Notes: generated from the sequence alone by a model not told the origin. A stretch of 64,000 bases of DNA from an uncultured delta proteobacterium (GCA_963715335.1 CAVQRZ010000012.1:9983-73982), one strand, 5' to 3'. Counted from the stretch's first letter, positions 39,966 to 50,301 are shown. Program-made: numbers and translations.

Positions 39966-41777
39966 CTACTTGTCCTCGAGAGTCCGGGACATCAGCGCCC
40001 GGTTGTATGCAGCAACGATATCCCGACGGGAAATGATGCCGACCAGTTTGCGATGGGTCTCGCGATCAACGACCGGCAGCTGTTCGATGTTGCGGTAGCC
40101 GATCTTGCGCATGGTCTGGTCAAGGTCTTCGTCGGCGTGAACCGTTATGACGTCGGCGGTTGCCAGCTCCTTGACCACGACCAGGTCCATTAGTTCCCGC
40201 TCGAAAACCACACCCATGAAGTCCTGTACCGAGATGATCCCGGTCAGTTCATTCTGCGCATTGACCAGCGGAAAGTTGGTGTGCTGGGTCCTTTCGATAA
40301 AACGGGCGAACTGGCCAAGGGTCATATGTTCCGGAATGGTCTCCACATCACGCTCCATGACATCGCCGACCAGCAACGACTTCATAATGTTGCGTTCCTT
40401 GCCGGCTTCAAGATCGATCCCGGCCCGGGCCAGTTCAAAGGTTTCGAGACTCTCCTTCTTGAAATGACGCGCCACGGCCGTACCGATGACGCAGGTCAAC
40501 ATAATCGGCACGATAACTTCGTAGCTGTCGGTAATTTCAAAAAGCAGGAAGATCGCAGTCATCGGGGCATGCGTGGCAGCGGCGAGGAAAGCCCCCATAC
40601 CGACCAGCGCATAGGCTCCGGGAGCGATGTAGACCTGGGGCAGGATTTTAGCGGCCACTTGCCCGAAAAACCCGCCGATGACCGCGCCGAGATAGAGACA
40701 AGGGGCGAACAATCCTCCCGGCATGCCTGAACCAAGGGTGATGGATGTCGCGACCGCCTTGGCCACCACCAGGGCACCCAGCAGGTACCAGGCCGGCTGG
40801 TGCATCAACTGGTCACCCATCAGGACCGTCTCGACAAACTCGTAGCCATTACCGAACACCTGGGGAAAGAGAAAACCGATCACGCCCACCAACAAGCCGC
40901 CGAAGAGAGGCTTGGCCAGCCTGGGTATCGACAGCGCGACGAAACGATCCTTGATCCGGTAATGAATTTCGATGAACAGTGCCGCCAGGGCGCCGACCAG
41001 CAGGCCGAGGATGACGTAGAGACCGATCTCCCAGTAGTGCTGCACCAGGTAGAGTGGCGCAGTGATCTCCGAGTGATTGCCGAGCAGCGCTCGCGAAACC
41101 ACGGTGGCCATACCGCTGGCAATCACGATCGAGGTAAAGCTCGAGAGGTCGAAAGCCGCAAGCAGGACTATTTCCTGGGCGAAGAAGACCCCGGCAATCG
41201 GCGCGTTAAAGGTCGCAGCGACACCGGCAGCGGCACCGCAGGCGACCAGGACCTTGAGGCGGTCGCCGCTCATTTTGAAGAGTTGACCGAACTGGGAGCC
41301 GATCGCTCCGCCGATCATGGCGATCGGACCCTCCTGCCCGGCCGAACCGCCGGCACCGATGGTAATCGCCGAACCGAAACCGCGGGTGAAAATCGGTCGC
41401 ATCCGCAGCTTCGCGCCGCGCAGGTTGACCCGCTCGAGGAAGGCCGAGAACCCCCCCTTGAGATCCTCTCCGAACCAGTACCAGAGCGGGATGACCAGCA
41501 GGCCGCCGATAATCGGGCATAACACTACGGCCAGCCTGGCCAGGCTCCACTCCTGCAAAGAGTAGCCGAACAGCTGCTCACTCTGTTCAAACACCGCCCA
41601 ACGCACGAATTCGATCGTCTTGCGGAACGCGTAATTGCCCAGGCCGCCGAGCAGACCGATAATCACCGCGAGGATGACCAGGAAGGTGTTCTCGCTGAGG
41701 CGGAAGCTGCCCTGCAGGGTCGTCAGGAATCGACGGAGCGCCACGGCAAGGGGATTAAGTGAGGTAAGAATTGACAC
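39966..41777 (-). CDS. CLC chloride channel/antiporter with CBS pair (probable GTG start at 41777)
   Basis: GSAGQEGP, AATFNAPIAG, GGLFAP, HAPMTAI, C-terminal CBS pair. Confidence 0.92.
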   Translation of the reverse strand: MSILTSLNPLAVALRRFLTTLQGSFRLSENTFLVILAVIIGLLGGLGNYAFRKTIEFVRWAVFEQSEQLFGYSLQEWSLARLAVVLCPIIGGLLVIPLWYWFGEDLKGGFSAFLERVNLRGAKLRMRPIFTRGFGSAITIGAGGSAGQEGPIAMIGGAIGSQFGQLFKMSGDRLKVLVACGAAAGVAATFNAPIAGVFFAQEIVLLAAFDLSSFTSIVIASGMATVVSRALLGNHSEITAPLYLVQHYWEIGLYVILGLLVGALAALFIEIHYRIKDRFVALSIPRLAKPLFGGLLVGVIGFLFPQVFGNGYEFVETVLMGDQLMHQPAWYLLGALVVAKAVATSITLGSGMPGGLFAPCLYLGAVIGGFFGQVAAKILPQVYIAPGAYALVGMGAFLAAATHAPMTAIFLLFEITDSYEVIVPIMLTCVIGTAVARHFKKESLETFELARAGIDLEAGKERNIMKSLLVGDVMERDVETIPEHMTLGQFARFIERTQHTNFPLVNAQNELTGIISVQDFMGVVFERELMDLVVVKELATADVITVHADEDLDQTMRKIGYRNIEQLPVVDRETHRKLVGIISRRDIVAAYNRALMSRTLEDK

Positions 41778-42007
41778 GCGACTTCCTGTTCTCTGTTGCC
41801 AATACAACGGTTCCGGTGCCGACGCGAAAGCGCCGAGACAACCAGGGCTTACTTCCGGAGCAATGCAAGGCATCGACAGACAGTCGCTTTCTGGTGCACA
41901 AGCAGAACGGCCGGGGGGTTGATAATAGTTTTTATCGATACGTCTGGCAACACCGTTTATTCCAATTATGAGGTAGACAGCCAACTATCCATCTTGCTTC
42001 TTGAATG

Positions 42008-42040
42008 AAAAAGCCCCATGACACAAAAGGTCATGGGGCT
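42008..42040 (-). terminator. Intrinsic terminator downstream of lipoprotein gene
   Basis: AAAAAGCCCCATGAC-N6-GTCATGGGGCT. Confidence 0.7.
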
Positions 42041-42153
42041 CAAGACGGTTCTTTTGTCCGGAGTCATTTCAGTAAGCAGTGCGCAAATAAATACACATAT
42101 ATTGTTTAAGCAGGGCTTCCAGCAACAGGCCGCGGGGTCGCTTGCCGTACTGT

Positions 42154-42789
42154 TCAGAGCAACCCGTTATCCTTGAGGTCTTTGGTAACGACCGCGATAA
42201 AGTCTTTGATAAGCGCATCCAGGTTGGTCTCGACCACGGTCTCCAACTGTGCCGACCAGATCAATTCCCCGCTGGCCGCACTGTAAAGATTGGCCTCGAT
42301 CGTAATGATCTGGTATTCGCTCACGGTGGCCGGCATGTAGACAACATCATAACTGCGTGAATAGTAGCCGCCATAGTTGCGATAGTAGGGGTCTGGATAA
42401 TAACCCCGACCGCCGTAGGCGGGACCTGCAACGTAACCCGGGTTGACAACCTGTTCGGTACGTTTGCCGACCGCACGGGTCATCAGGACCGAATCTGCAC
42501 CGTTCGCCTTGATCCTGGCGGCGATCAAGTCCTGGTTGGTCTCTTCATTCATCTTCAGATCACCGTAGCTCGAGATCCCGATCGCCCCGAACTTGGCCAA
42601 TTGCTCGCGGAATTCGTCTTCGAAGATGCGCCGGGTGGTCTCCTGCTTGGCGATACCTACGACATAGACCTTTTCGACCTTGCCGTTAAAATCAGGATTT
42701 TTCCAGGAGCCTGTGATCATGGTGCTGGAACATGCACTCAGGACGATTCCTGTAGCAACCAGGGCCAGTAAAGCAATGCGGTTAATCAT
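42154..42789 (-). CDS. Lipoprotein of unknown function (DUF4136-like)
   Basis: Lipobox LSAC; SWKNPDF, RRIFED, GADSVLMTR, Y/G-rich loop, EANLY...LIWS. Confidence 0.75.
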   Translation of the reverse strand: MINRIALLALVATGIVLSACSSTMITGSWKNPDFNGKVEKVYVVGIAKQETTRRIFEDEFREQLAKFGAIGISSYGDLKMNEETNQDLIAARIKANGADSVLMTRAVGKRTEQVVNPGYVAGPAYGGRGYYPDPYYRNYGGYYSRSYDVVYMPATVSEYQIITIEANLYSAASGELIWSAQLETVVETNLDALIKDFIAVVTKDLKDNGLL

Positions 42790-43063
42790 CAGATAGCACT
42801 CACTTTCAATAAAAAAATTTTGTCTGTAATTCTAGCTTATTATTCCGAATTTTCCAGTCCGTCACCACTCCAGGTCTTTACTGTCCCCTGCTAAGGGTCG
42901 ATACAGCACGAATCGACCGGCAAATCCGGCTTTACGGTTGCGCAGGCCGTTGCGGTTTGATAGCTTTAACACTGGTCTTCTGGCATGAGCCGTGGCGTTA
43001 AAACCCTTCCCTGCCCCTTACGATCAGTCCGGTCTTGGCAACAGGGCCTTTGGAGGAGAGATC

Positions 43064-44317
43064 ATGAGATCCGCGTTTATGGGCTTTCTGGAGAGAGATT
43101 CTTCGGTCGGAGTCCTGTTGATGATCGCCACCGGCCTGGCGATGCTGTTTGCCAACACACAACTTGAGGGTGTCTACAACTATTTCCTGGACACCCCTGT
43201 TGAAGTCCGCCTGGGACGTAATCTCCACATCGCCAAGCCCCTGCTGCTCTGGATCAACGACGGCCTGATGGCGATCTTCTTCCTGTTGATCGGCCTCGAG
43301 GTCAAGCGTGAAGTATTGGTCGGGCAACTTTCCAGCCGTGCGCAGATCGCCTTGCCGGGAATCGCAGCGATCGGCGGCATGCTGGCGCCGGCGGCCATCT
43401 ACGCCACGATCAACGCGGGCGACAGTACGGCTCTCAACGGCTGGGCGATTCCGGCCGCAACAGACATCGCTTTTGCCCTGGGAATCCTGGCCCTGGCTGG
43501 TGACCGGGTCCCTGCCTCGCTGAAGATTTTCCTGCTCGCTCTGGCAATCATGGATGACCTTGGCGCCATCGTCATCATCGCCCTCTTCTATTCAGGGGAC
43601 CTCTCCGACAGCATGCTAATGCTGGCAGCGATCTGTCTGGTGGCGCTGGTGATCCTGAACCGACTGAAGGTCATGAATATCACACCCTACATGTGGGTCG
43701 GCGCCCTGCTCTGGATCTTTGTCCTCAAGTCGGGAGTACATGCCACCCTGGCAGGTGTGGCTCTGGCCTTTGCGATCCCTTTGAAGAACCACGATGACCC
43801 GGATCACTCCCCTCTCGAATATCTCGAACACGAGCTGCATCCCTGGGTCAACTTCCTGATTTTACCGGTTTTTGCCTTTGCCAACGCCGGGATCCCCTTC
43901 GCCGACATGTCGTTCGGTGACCTGTTCCACGCCGTGCCGCTGGGAATCATGCTCGGCCTGGTGGTCGGTAAACTGGTCGGTGTTTACGGTTTCTCCATGG
44001 CGGCCATCAAGCTGGGGCTGGCGCAAATGCCCAGAGGGGCGACCAGCCAACATCTGCTCGGCGTCGCTGTCCTCTGCGGGATCGGCTTCACGATGAGCCT
44101 GTTCATCGGCGGTTTGGCCTTCGAGCATACCGGCGGTGATGCAGAGACCTATCTCCTCACCCATCGCATGGGTATTCTTGCCGGCTCCCTGATCGCCGGG
44201 ATCGCCGGCTACCTGATCCTCAAACTGGCCCGGCCTGCTGTTGCGGAGCAGAACATTGCGACAGAGCCGGACCATCAGCACCCGGCAACCGGGGCGGACT
44301 CTGCGGCCTCGCCATGA
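43064..44317 (+). CDS. nhaA: Na+/H+ antiporter NhaA
   Basis: WINDGLMAIFF, GWAIPAATDIAFA, AIMDDLGAI, LKSGVHATLAG, FAFANAG, GIGFTMSLFI; GGAGGAG RBS. Confidence 0.97.
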   Translation: MRSAFMGFLERDSSVGVLLMIATGLAMLFANTQLEGVYNYFLDTPVEVRLGRNLHIAKPLLLWINDGLMAIFFLLIGLEVKREVLVGQLSSRAQIALPGIAAIGGMLAPAAIYATINAGDSTALNGWAIPAATDIAFALGILALAGDRVPASLKIFLLALAIMDDLGAIVIIALFYSGDLSDSMLMLAAICLVALVILNRLKVMNITPYMWVGALLWIFVLKSGVHATLAGVALAFAIPLKNHDDPDHSPLEYLEHELHPWVNFLILPVFAFANAGIPFADMSFGDLFHAVPLGIMLGLVVGKLVGVYGFSMAAIKLGLAQMPRGATSQHLLGVAVLCGIGFTMSLFIGGLAFEHTGGDAETYLLTHRMGILAGSLIAGIAGYLILKLARPAVAEQNIATEPDHQHPATGADSAASP

Positions 44318-44378
44318 ACTGCAAACATTGCATAACACATCAACCGGGTTTTTACTCGACGACCACAAGGAGCCCAAT

Positions 44379-45335
44379 GTGAAAAACGCCTTACGCATCG
44401 GCCTCATAATCCTGTTGACATCAGGGTTTGCCGTCGGCCCAGTCCACGCGGTTGATTTGCGCCTGATGACCGGCGACGAACAGGGCACTTATTACCAGAT
44501 CGGCCGGGAGATCGCACGGGAGACTGAAAAAGTCGGAGTCAACCTCCAGGTTCTGCCGTCAGCCGGGTCCTGGGCCAACATCATCGCCCTGTTCAACAGC
44601 GACACCGAATTTGCAATCTTCCAGTTGGACGCCTACATTAAGGCAGCCCGCAACCTCTACCAGAATACAAACCTGGATATCCGCGATGAAATCAAGGTGG
44701 TGATGCCCCTCTACCATGAGGAAATCCACATCATCAAAAACAAGGAGAGGGTTCTCGATTTTGCTACGCAAGAGAAGTTTGTGGTCGGGTGCGGGCCGGA
44801 GAACAGTGGCTCCTGCCTGTCCGCCGATGTCATCGCGGAGTTTTACGGCAAGCAATTCACCTACGTCCACAACAGCTATGAGCAGGCTCTTGCCGACCTC
44901 AAGGCCGGCACACTCGACCTGGTGGTGATTACTGCCGGCAAGCCATACAAGCTTTTGACCGGGCAGACCGGCCTCGACCTGGTCTCGCTACCGCGCACCA
45001 GAAAAGCAGCAGAATTCTACCTTTACACGACCATCAGCCAGGAAGACTATGCCTGGCTGGAGCAACCCGTCGAGACTTACGGAGTCCGCTCGGTGTTGGC
45101 AACCATGATCCAGGAACAGGAAGGCCTGGCTAACGATCTGGTCGGCGCCGTGCATTTCACCATACTGATCAACGAGGACCACCTGAAAAAGGCTGGTCAC
45201 CCGAAATGGCATGAGGTGTTTTTCCGGGCATACAACGAGAAGACCTCTCATGCCGCCGTTATCAATTCGCTCGGCGCATACAATGTGATCAAAAGCTACG
45301 GCTACAACGGCCGCAACCTGGCAATCGGGGATTAA
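44379..45335 (+). CDS. TAXI-family solute-binding protein
   Basis: AGGAG-GTG start, signal peptide, TGDEQGTYYQIG, SAGSWANI, PLYHEEIH, GPENSG. Confidence 0.82.
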   Translation: MKNALRIGLIILLTSGFAVGPVHAVDLRLMTGDEQGTYYQIGREIARETEKVGVNLQVLPSAGSWANIIALFNSDTEFAIFQLDAYIKAARNLYQNTNLDIRDEIKVVMPLYHEEIHIIKNKERVLDFATQEKFVVGCGPENSGSCLSADVIAEFYGKQFTYVHNSYEQALADLKAGTLDLVVITAGKPYKLLTGQTGLDLVSLPRTRKAAEFYLYTTISQEDYAWLEQPVETYGVRSVLATMIQEQEGLANDLVGAVHFTILINEDHLKKAGHPKWHEVFFRAYNEKTSHAAVINSLGAYNVIKSYGYNGRNLAIGD

Positions 45336-45428
45336 GCCCGGGCCACAATAATTGTTTGTTGTGACAGCCATTTCAGCATATTATTGGATCAGGCTTGTAT
45401 CCTCACCCTCAAACGGATCGATCGCGAG

Positions 45429-46028
45429 ATGCATCAGATTGCCTGCCACGAATGTGACCTGATCCACGATATCCCGCCGATGCCGGCACGGGCGACAGCG
45501 CGCTGCGTACGCTGCGACGCGGTGCTGTTCCGGGCCCAACCCAACAGCATCGACCGCACTCTGGCTTGGACCATTGCCGGGTTGGTGCTTTATGTTGTCG
45601 CAGTCAGCTTCCCGTTCCTGGCCATGAAGAATGGTCCGATCTTCAATGAAACGGGACTCCTCACCGGGATCCAGCTCCTTTACGATCAGGGGATCATACC
45701 GCTCGCGACTCTGGTCTTTCTGACTTGCGTTCTGATCCCGCTGATCCAGATGCTCGGTCTTCTCTACATATTCATTCCCTTGAAGCTGGATGTCCGGGCT
45801 CGATATGCAATACCCGTCTTTCGTCTCTTTAAACATGTCAAGCCGTGGAGCATGATGGAGATCTACATGCTCGGCATCCTGGTCTCGATCGTCAAGCTGG
45901 GGAAGATGGCAACCATCATACCCGGTCTGGCTGTCATCGCTTTCGGCCTGTTGATCTTTGTCCTGAATTTCGCCCTTGCTTCAGTTGATTCGCATATGGT
46001 CTGGGAAAAATTGGAGGGGGGGACATGA
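45429..46028 (+). CDS. pqiA: Paraquat-inducible protein A, N-half (alternative start 45384)
   Basis: ACHECD...ARCVRC, PWSMMEIYMLGILVSIVKL. Confidence 0.9.
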   Translation: MHQIACHECDLIHDIPPMPARATARCVRCDAVLFRAQPNSIDRTLAWTIAGLVLYVVAVSFPFLAMKNGPIFNETGLLTGIQLLYDQGIIPLATLVFLTCVLIPLIQMLGLLYIFIPLKLDVRARYAIPVFRLFKHVKPWSMMEIYMLGILVSIVKLGKMATIIPGLAVIAFGLLIFVLNFALASVDSHMVWEKLEGGT

Positions 46029-46663
46029 CCACGACGCACTCCTCAGCCCGGCAGCTCGGCCTGATCAGTTGCCATGCCTGCCACCTGCTCAACCGCAAGG
46101 CAAAAACATCCGTGCATGAAGTTGCCTGTTGCTCACGCTGCGGCGAAGAATTGCATCAACGCAAGCCGAACAGTCTCATGCGGACCTGGGCACTGGTGAT
46201 TGCGGCCATGGTTTTCTACATTCCGGCGAACGTCCTGCCGATGACGATCACTTCAGCTCTGGGCACGGTGCAGGCCGACACCATTATGAGCGGCGTGATC
46301 TACTTCATGCAACACGGCTCCTGGGAAATCGCCCTGATCATATTCACCGCGAGCATCTTTGTCCCGTTCCTGAAATTTATCATCCTGATCTACCTGCTGC
46401 TTTCCATACATTTCAAATCGATCAAACGACCCAGAGATCGCACCAGGCTATATCGATTCACGGAAGCGATCGGTCGCTGGTCGATGCTCGACATCTATGT
46501 TGTGACCATCCTGGTTGCCCTGGTCAAACTCGGTTTCCTGGCGGATATCGAAGCCGGCCCGGCAGCCCTTTATTTTGCTTTGGTCGTTGTGACGACCATG
46601 ATCGCCGCGGAGAGTTTTGACCCGCGATTGATCTGGGACGTTGTGGAGGAAAAACATGAGTGA
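46025..46663 (+). CDS. pqiA: Paraquat-inducible protein A, C-half
   Basis: CHAC...CSRC...RKPNS, YIPANVLP, DTIMSGV, IGRWSMLD, FDPRLIWD. Confidence 0.93.
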   Translation: MTTTHSSARQLGLISCHACHLLNRKAKTSVHEVACCSRCGEELHQRKPNSLMRTWALVIAAMVFYIPANVLPMTITSALGTVQADTIMSGVIYFMQHGSWEIALIIFTASIFVPFLKFIILIYLLLSIHFKSIKRPRDRTRLYRFTEAIGRWSMLDIYVVTILVALVKLGFLADIEAGPAALYFALVVVTTMIAAESFDPRLIWDVVEEKHE

Positions 46664-48333
46664 AGGAAACTCCGAAAGGAAGCATGCCGAACAGGCCCCG
46701 GAAGCCGTGGTGCAAACCAAGCGCAGCTTCTCGATTATCTGGGTGGTGCCGATCATTGCCCTGCTGATCGGTGGCTGGCTGACGTTCAAGGCGATGACGG
46801 AAAAGGGACCGGTCATCACCATCACCTTCGAGACTGCCGAAGGGCTTGAGGCTGGCAAGACCAAGATCAAGTTCAAGGACGTTGAGGTCGGCAAGGTTAC
46901 GGATATTACCCTGAATGCAGACCGCTCGAACGTTGTTGTCAGCGTAGAGATGACTCCAGACGCCAAGCCTTACCTGACCGAAAAGACCCAGTTCTGGGTA
47001 GTTCGCGCTACAGTCGCCGCCGGTAAGATTTCCGGATTGGGTACTTTGCTTTCCGGAGCTTATATAGGTATCAATCCGTCATCTGAAGGCGAGAAGACAA
47101 GGCGCTTCAAAGGGCTGGAAAAGCCCCCGGTACTGACCGAAAAACTGCCTGGACAACATTATACTCTGGAAGCCCACAGTCTTGATTCCCTCGACATCGG
47201 TTCACCGGTTTACTACCGTGGCATCAAGGTCGGCCAGGTGGTCGAATATCACTTCAACGAAGACGCTGAGTCGGTGTTGATTAAAGTGTTCGTCAATGCA
47301 CCGTACCATGAGAAAGTACGACAGAATACCCGGTTCTGGAATGCCAGCGGCATTGACATGACCATGGACGCTACCGGCATTAAGCTGAACACCCAATCGC
47401 TGGTCTCAATCATGCTCGGGGGGGTGGCTTTTGACCTGCGTCAGCACGATCCCCCCGGGGAAGCGGCCAAGAAAAACCATAAGTTTATGCTCTATCCAGA
47501 CCAGGAGAGCAGCAAGCAGGAATCCTACGAGATCAAACGCTACTACGCGATGTATTTCGACCAGAGCGTGCGCGGCCTCTCACCCGGAGCGCCTGTGGAG
47601 ATCAAGGGTATCCAGGTTGGCGAGGTCGTCAGTGTCAAACTGCAATTCGATCAGAGCACGCTGGATTTCCGTATCCCGGTCGTGATCGCTCTTGAACCGG
47701 AACGTCTGGATGTCGTGGTCACGGAAACCGGAGAGGTTGTAACAGGCGAGGCAAAGGAAGATGTCCTCGAAGAGGAAACGAGCCATACATACTGATCTGG
47801 ATACTCGCACCCAAAAACTTATCGAAAAAGGCTTCCGTGGCCAATTAAAGACCGGCAACCTGTTGACCGGCCAGTTGTACGTCGACCTTGACTTCTACCC
47901 CGATGCAGCTCCGGCCACGCTCGAGAAGGTTGATGGGTACACGGTCTTCCCGACCATCTCGGCACCTTTGGAGCAGATCGTCCAGAAGGTTAACAACATC
48001 CTTAAAAAAGTGGAGCAGGTCCCCTTTGGCAAGATCGGCCAGGAACTGCAAGGGGCTATTGCTGAACTCACGACGACCCTGGAAGAGATCAAAGGCATCT
48101 CGGGGAAAGTCAACGAAGAGACCATCCCGAAGGTCAATGCTTCGCTTGAGCAACTCCAGGAGACCTTGAACGGTATCGAGTCAACCCTTGGACCGGATTC
48201 CGCACTGAACTACAACGCTCGCCAGGTGACCAGTGAGCTGGCACTGGCGATCAGGTCGATCCGGTCCTTGCTGGAGTACCTGGAACGTGACCCGCAGGCT
48301 TTGATTCTCGGTAAGGAGGGAGACAAGAAATGA
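46656..48333 (+). pseudogene. pqiB: PqiB (MCE-domain) gene split by a frameshift at ~47784-47795
   Basis: ORF 46656-47795 (IWVVPIIA, MCE domains) continues in another frame as GFRGQLKTGNLLTGQLYVDLDFYP...LERDPQALI; CATACATA duplication at the junction. Confidence 0.88.
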
Positions 48334-48950
48334 TCGGATACAGAACCCAAAAAAGCCTTCAATGGTGCTTGGCCTTCGTGGCAGTCCTCCTACTTGCCGG
48401 CTGTATCAGTCGCAGCGCACCGACGGTCAACTATTACAGTCTCTTGACCATGGAGCAGTTGGGGGACACAGAGGTCCTCGCCTCCCTTCCGGAGGTCAAG
48501 CTGGGAGTCGGCCCGATTTCGATTCCGGACAGCCTGAAACGTTCGCAGATCGCAACCCGGCAGCAGGACAACCAGTATGAATTTACCGAGTTCCATCGTT
48601 GGGCGGGAGTGTTGGAAAAGGATATCACCTCTGTTATGGGCGACAATTTCGGCCAACTACTCGGTATCGAGAAGATCGGCTTCTTTCCCTGGTTGCATCA
48701 TTTTAAACCGACCTATCGGCTGACGATCGATGTCATTCGGTTCGACGGCAGCCTGGAGGACGAAGCGGTCCTGAGTGCCCGTTGGGCAATTGCCGACGCC
48801 GACGGCAAGGATTTCCTCGCCGGCAAGAAGAGCGACTACAGGCAGCCGCTCGCAGACACCAGCTATGCGGCATTGATCAAGGCGGAGAGCCAGCTCCTCG
48901 CTGCACTGAGCAAGGAGATTGCCGCCGAGATTGTTGCGCTGAAGAAATAG
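48330..48950 (+). CDS. pqiC: PqiC-family lipoprotein
   Basis: Lipobox LAGC, YYSL, VGPISIPDSLKR, HRWA, DVIRFDG, LSARW. Confidence 0.88.
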   Translation: MIGYRTQKSLQWCLAFVAVLLLAGCISRSAPTVNYYSLLTMEQLGDTEVLASLPEVKLGVGPISIPDSLKRSQIATRQQDNQYEFTEFHRWAGVLEKDITSVMGDNFGQLLGIEKIGFFPWLHHFKPTYRLTIDVIRFDGSLEDEAVLSARWAIADADGKDFLAGKKSDYRQPLADTSYAALIKAESQLLAALSKEIAAEIVALKK

Positions 48951-49015
48951 CCAGGGGGGTATAGATATGAAACGAAAATGCGCCCTTCAGTAGTAAGGGC
49001 ACATTCCAGGTTGTT

Positions 49016-49051
49016 GACAACCTCCGCAGTTGATGCGGGGGTTGTTTTTTT
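49016..49051 (+). terminator. Terminator of the pqi operon
   Basis: GACAACCTCCGCA-N5-TGCGGGGGTTGTT followed by a T-run. Confidence 0.75.
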
Positions 49052-49080
49052 GCCTGGCAGGGGGAGTTTCTGTGAGGTTT

Positions 49081-49612
49081 AGGGCAACAGATGGTTAATC
49101 TGTTGCCCTTTTCCCTTTTCTTGAAAGGCTTAAAAGCAAAACCGGCGGGTCGCGTCCCGCCCGACGCCATACTTTTGTCCGGCAACAAAAGTATGCAAAA
49201 GTGCCTTCTCCTTGCGGAGGGCATCTCCTCTGCCGGATTTCTGTGACTTCAAAAACCCTTACTGATGGGGATCCGGCCCTGTGTCAAAGGGCCTGACCTT
49301 GCCGTGTGATTTACCAGGGAAAAGCCAAAACAACCTTTACCGAGACAAACCTCGACGAAAGGAGAGGCTCTCAAGAGCCTCGGCTCCTGCGGGGGAAGCG
49401 CAGGCTCCTGATCGTTTAGAACCATCCGGATTGAGGCTGCCGCCCTGCCGAGCCAGACATGCCCAGCGCAGCGCAGGCCCTTTTTCTGCTTACTCTTTTG
49501 GGCCAGCAAAAGAGTAAGGCGCAGTCGGGGGGCGCGACCCCCGGGTTTTGCTTTTATCTTTGAATTCCAAAGAACAACGGCAAAGGGCAACAGATGAACC
49601 ATCTGTTGCCCT
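49081..49612. repeat. ~530-bp non-coding MITE/REP-like element with nested inverted repeats
   Basis: Terminal palindromes AGGGCAACAGAT..ATCTGTTGCCCT at 49081-49109 and 49584-49612; inner arms AAAAGCAAAACC...GGTCGCG / CGCGACC...GGTTTTGCTTTT; hairpins at 49168-49195 and 49489-49518. Confidence 0.75.
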
Positions 49613-49734
49613 CTCTATCATGGAGTCTGGTTGAACTTTGTCAGCAGTGAGGGGCCCATTGATTGAAGCGCCCCTGTTTGCACCTTGGCTGTTAAAAGCG
49701 GACTCTTTTCTACTTGTGAATGTTCAGTATATCG

Positions 49735-50301
49735 TTACGAGATCGACGCCAGGAGCTGTTTGTAGAAATTGTACGCTTCCATCCCACCTGGATTGTCGTG
49801 AGAGGCCAACGAATCGACCTTCAGGAATTCCAGCAGCAACGGAAATCTCGGATCGGCCAGGTACTTTCTCTGTTTTTTACTGAGGTCTTGCGGCTGCTGC
49901 AACTGCCAGGAGTGGTGGAAGGTGTGGTGACGGATCACCCAGGTGATTCGCGCGCGACGCTCTTCAGGCATGCCGAGCCTGGCAAGAATAGCCGCCGCCA
50001 TTTCTGCGCCCCGCTTGGCATGACCGTAGGCGGTGATCCGACCATCGACATTCCGTTCCGTGGTTGCCGGTTTGCCTATGTCGTGCAGCAGAGCAACCCA
50101 GAGCAGGTCCGGGTCGCAATCTGCCGGGCAGGCCTCGATCGCCAACCGGGTATGGATGGCGACATCACCCTCGGCATGATATTCCGGCGGCTGTTGTGTC
50201 CCGGACATCTCCAGCAACTCCGGAATGACGTCACAAAGACGATTCCACCAACCGCTTTCGCGCCGTCGCAGCTCTTTTTCAAGCAGCTCTGCTGAACTCA
50301 T
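49735..50301 (-). CDS. Stand-alone HD-domain phosphohydrolase (resembles CCA-enzyme / RNA-repair HD domains)
   Basis: QPPEYHAEGDVAIHT, ALLHDIGKP, YGHAKRGA, IRHH, D; start overlaps the upstream stop (ATGA). Confidence 0.88.
   Translation of the reverse strand: MSSAELLEKELRRRESGWWNRLCDVIPELLEMSGTQQPPEYHAEGDVAIHTRLAIEACPADCDPDLLWVALLHDIGKPATTERNVDGRITAYGHAKRGAEMAAAILARLGMPEERRARITWVIRHHTFHHSWQLQQPQDLSKKQRKYLADPRFPLLLEFLKVDSLASHDNPGGMEAYNFYKQLLASIS

Noticed and set aside
41780..41990. Possible fluoride riboswitch upstream of the CLC gene
   Set aside because: No GGCGATGG-type crcB core seen on the coding strand
42860..43063. Possible nhaA-I/II or Na+ riboswitch upstream of nhaA
   Set aside because: Only a short GGTCGAT/ATCGACC hairpin; consensus not recognisable by eye (an Infernal search would settle it)
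49249..49602. ORFs inside the palindromic element as a transposase
   Set aside because: Short, with no DDE/HUH motifs and no RBS
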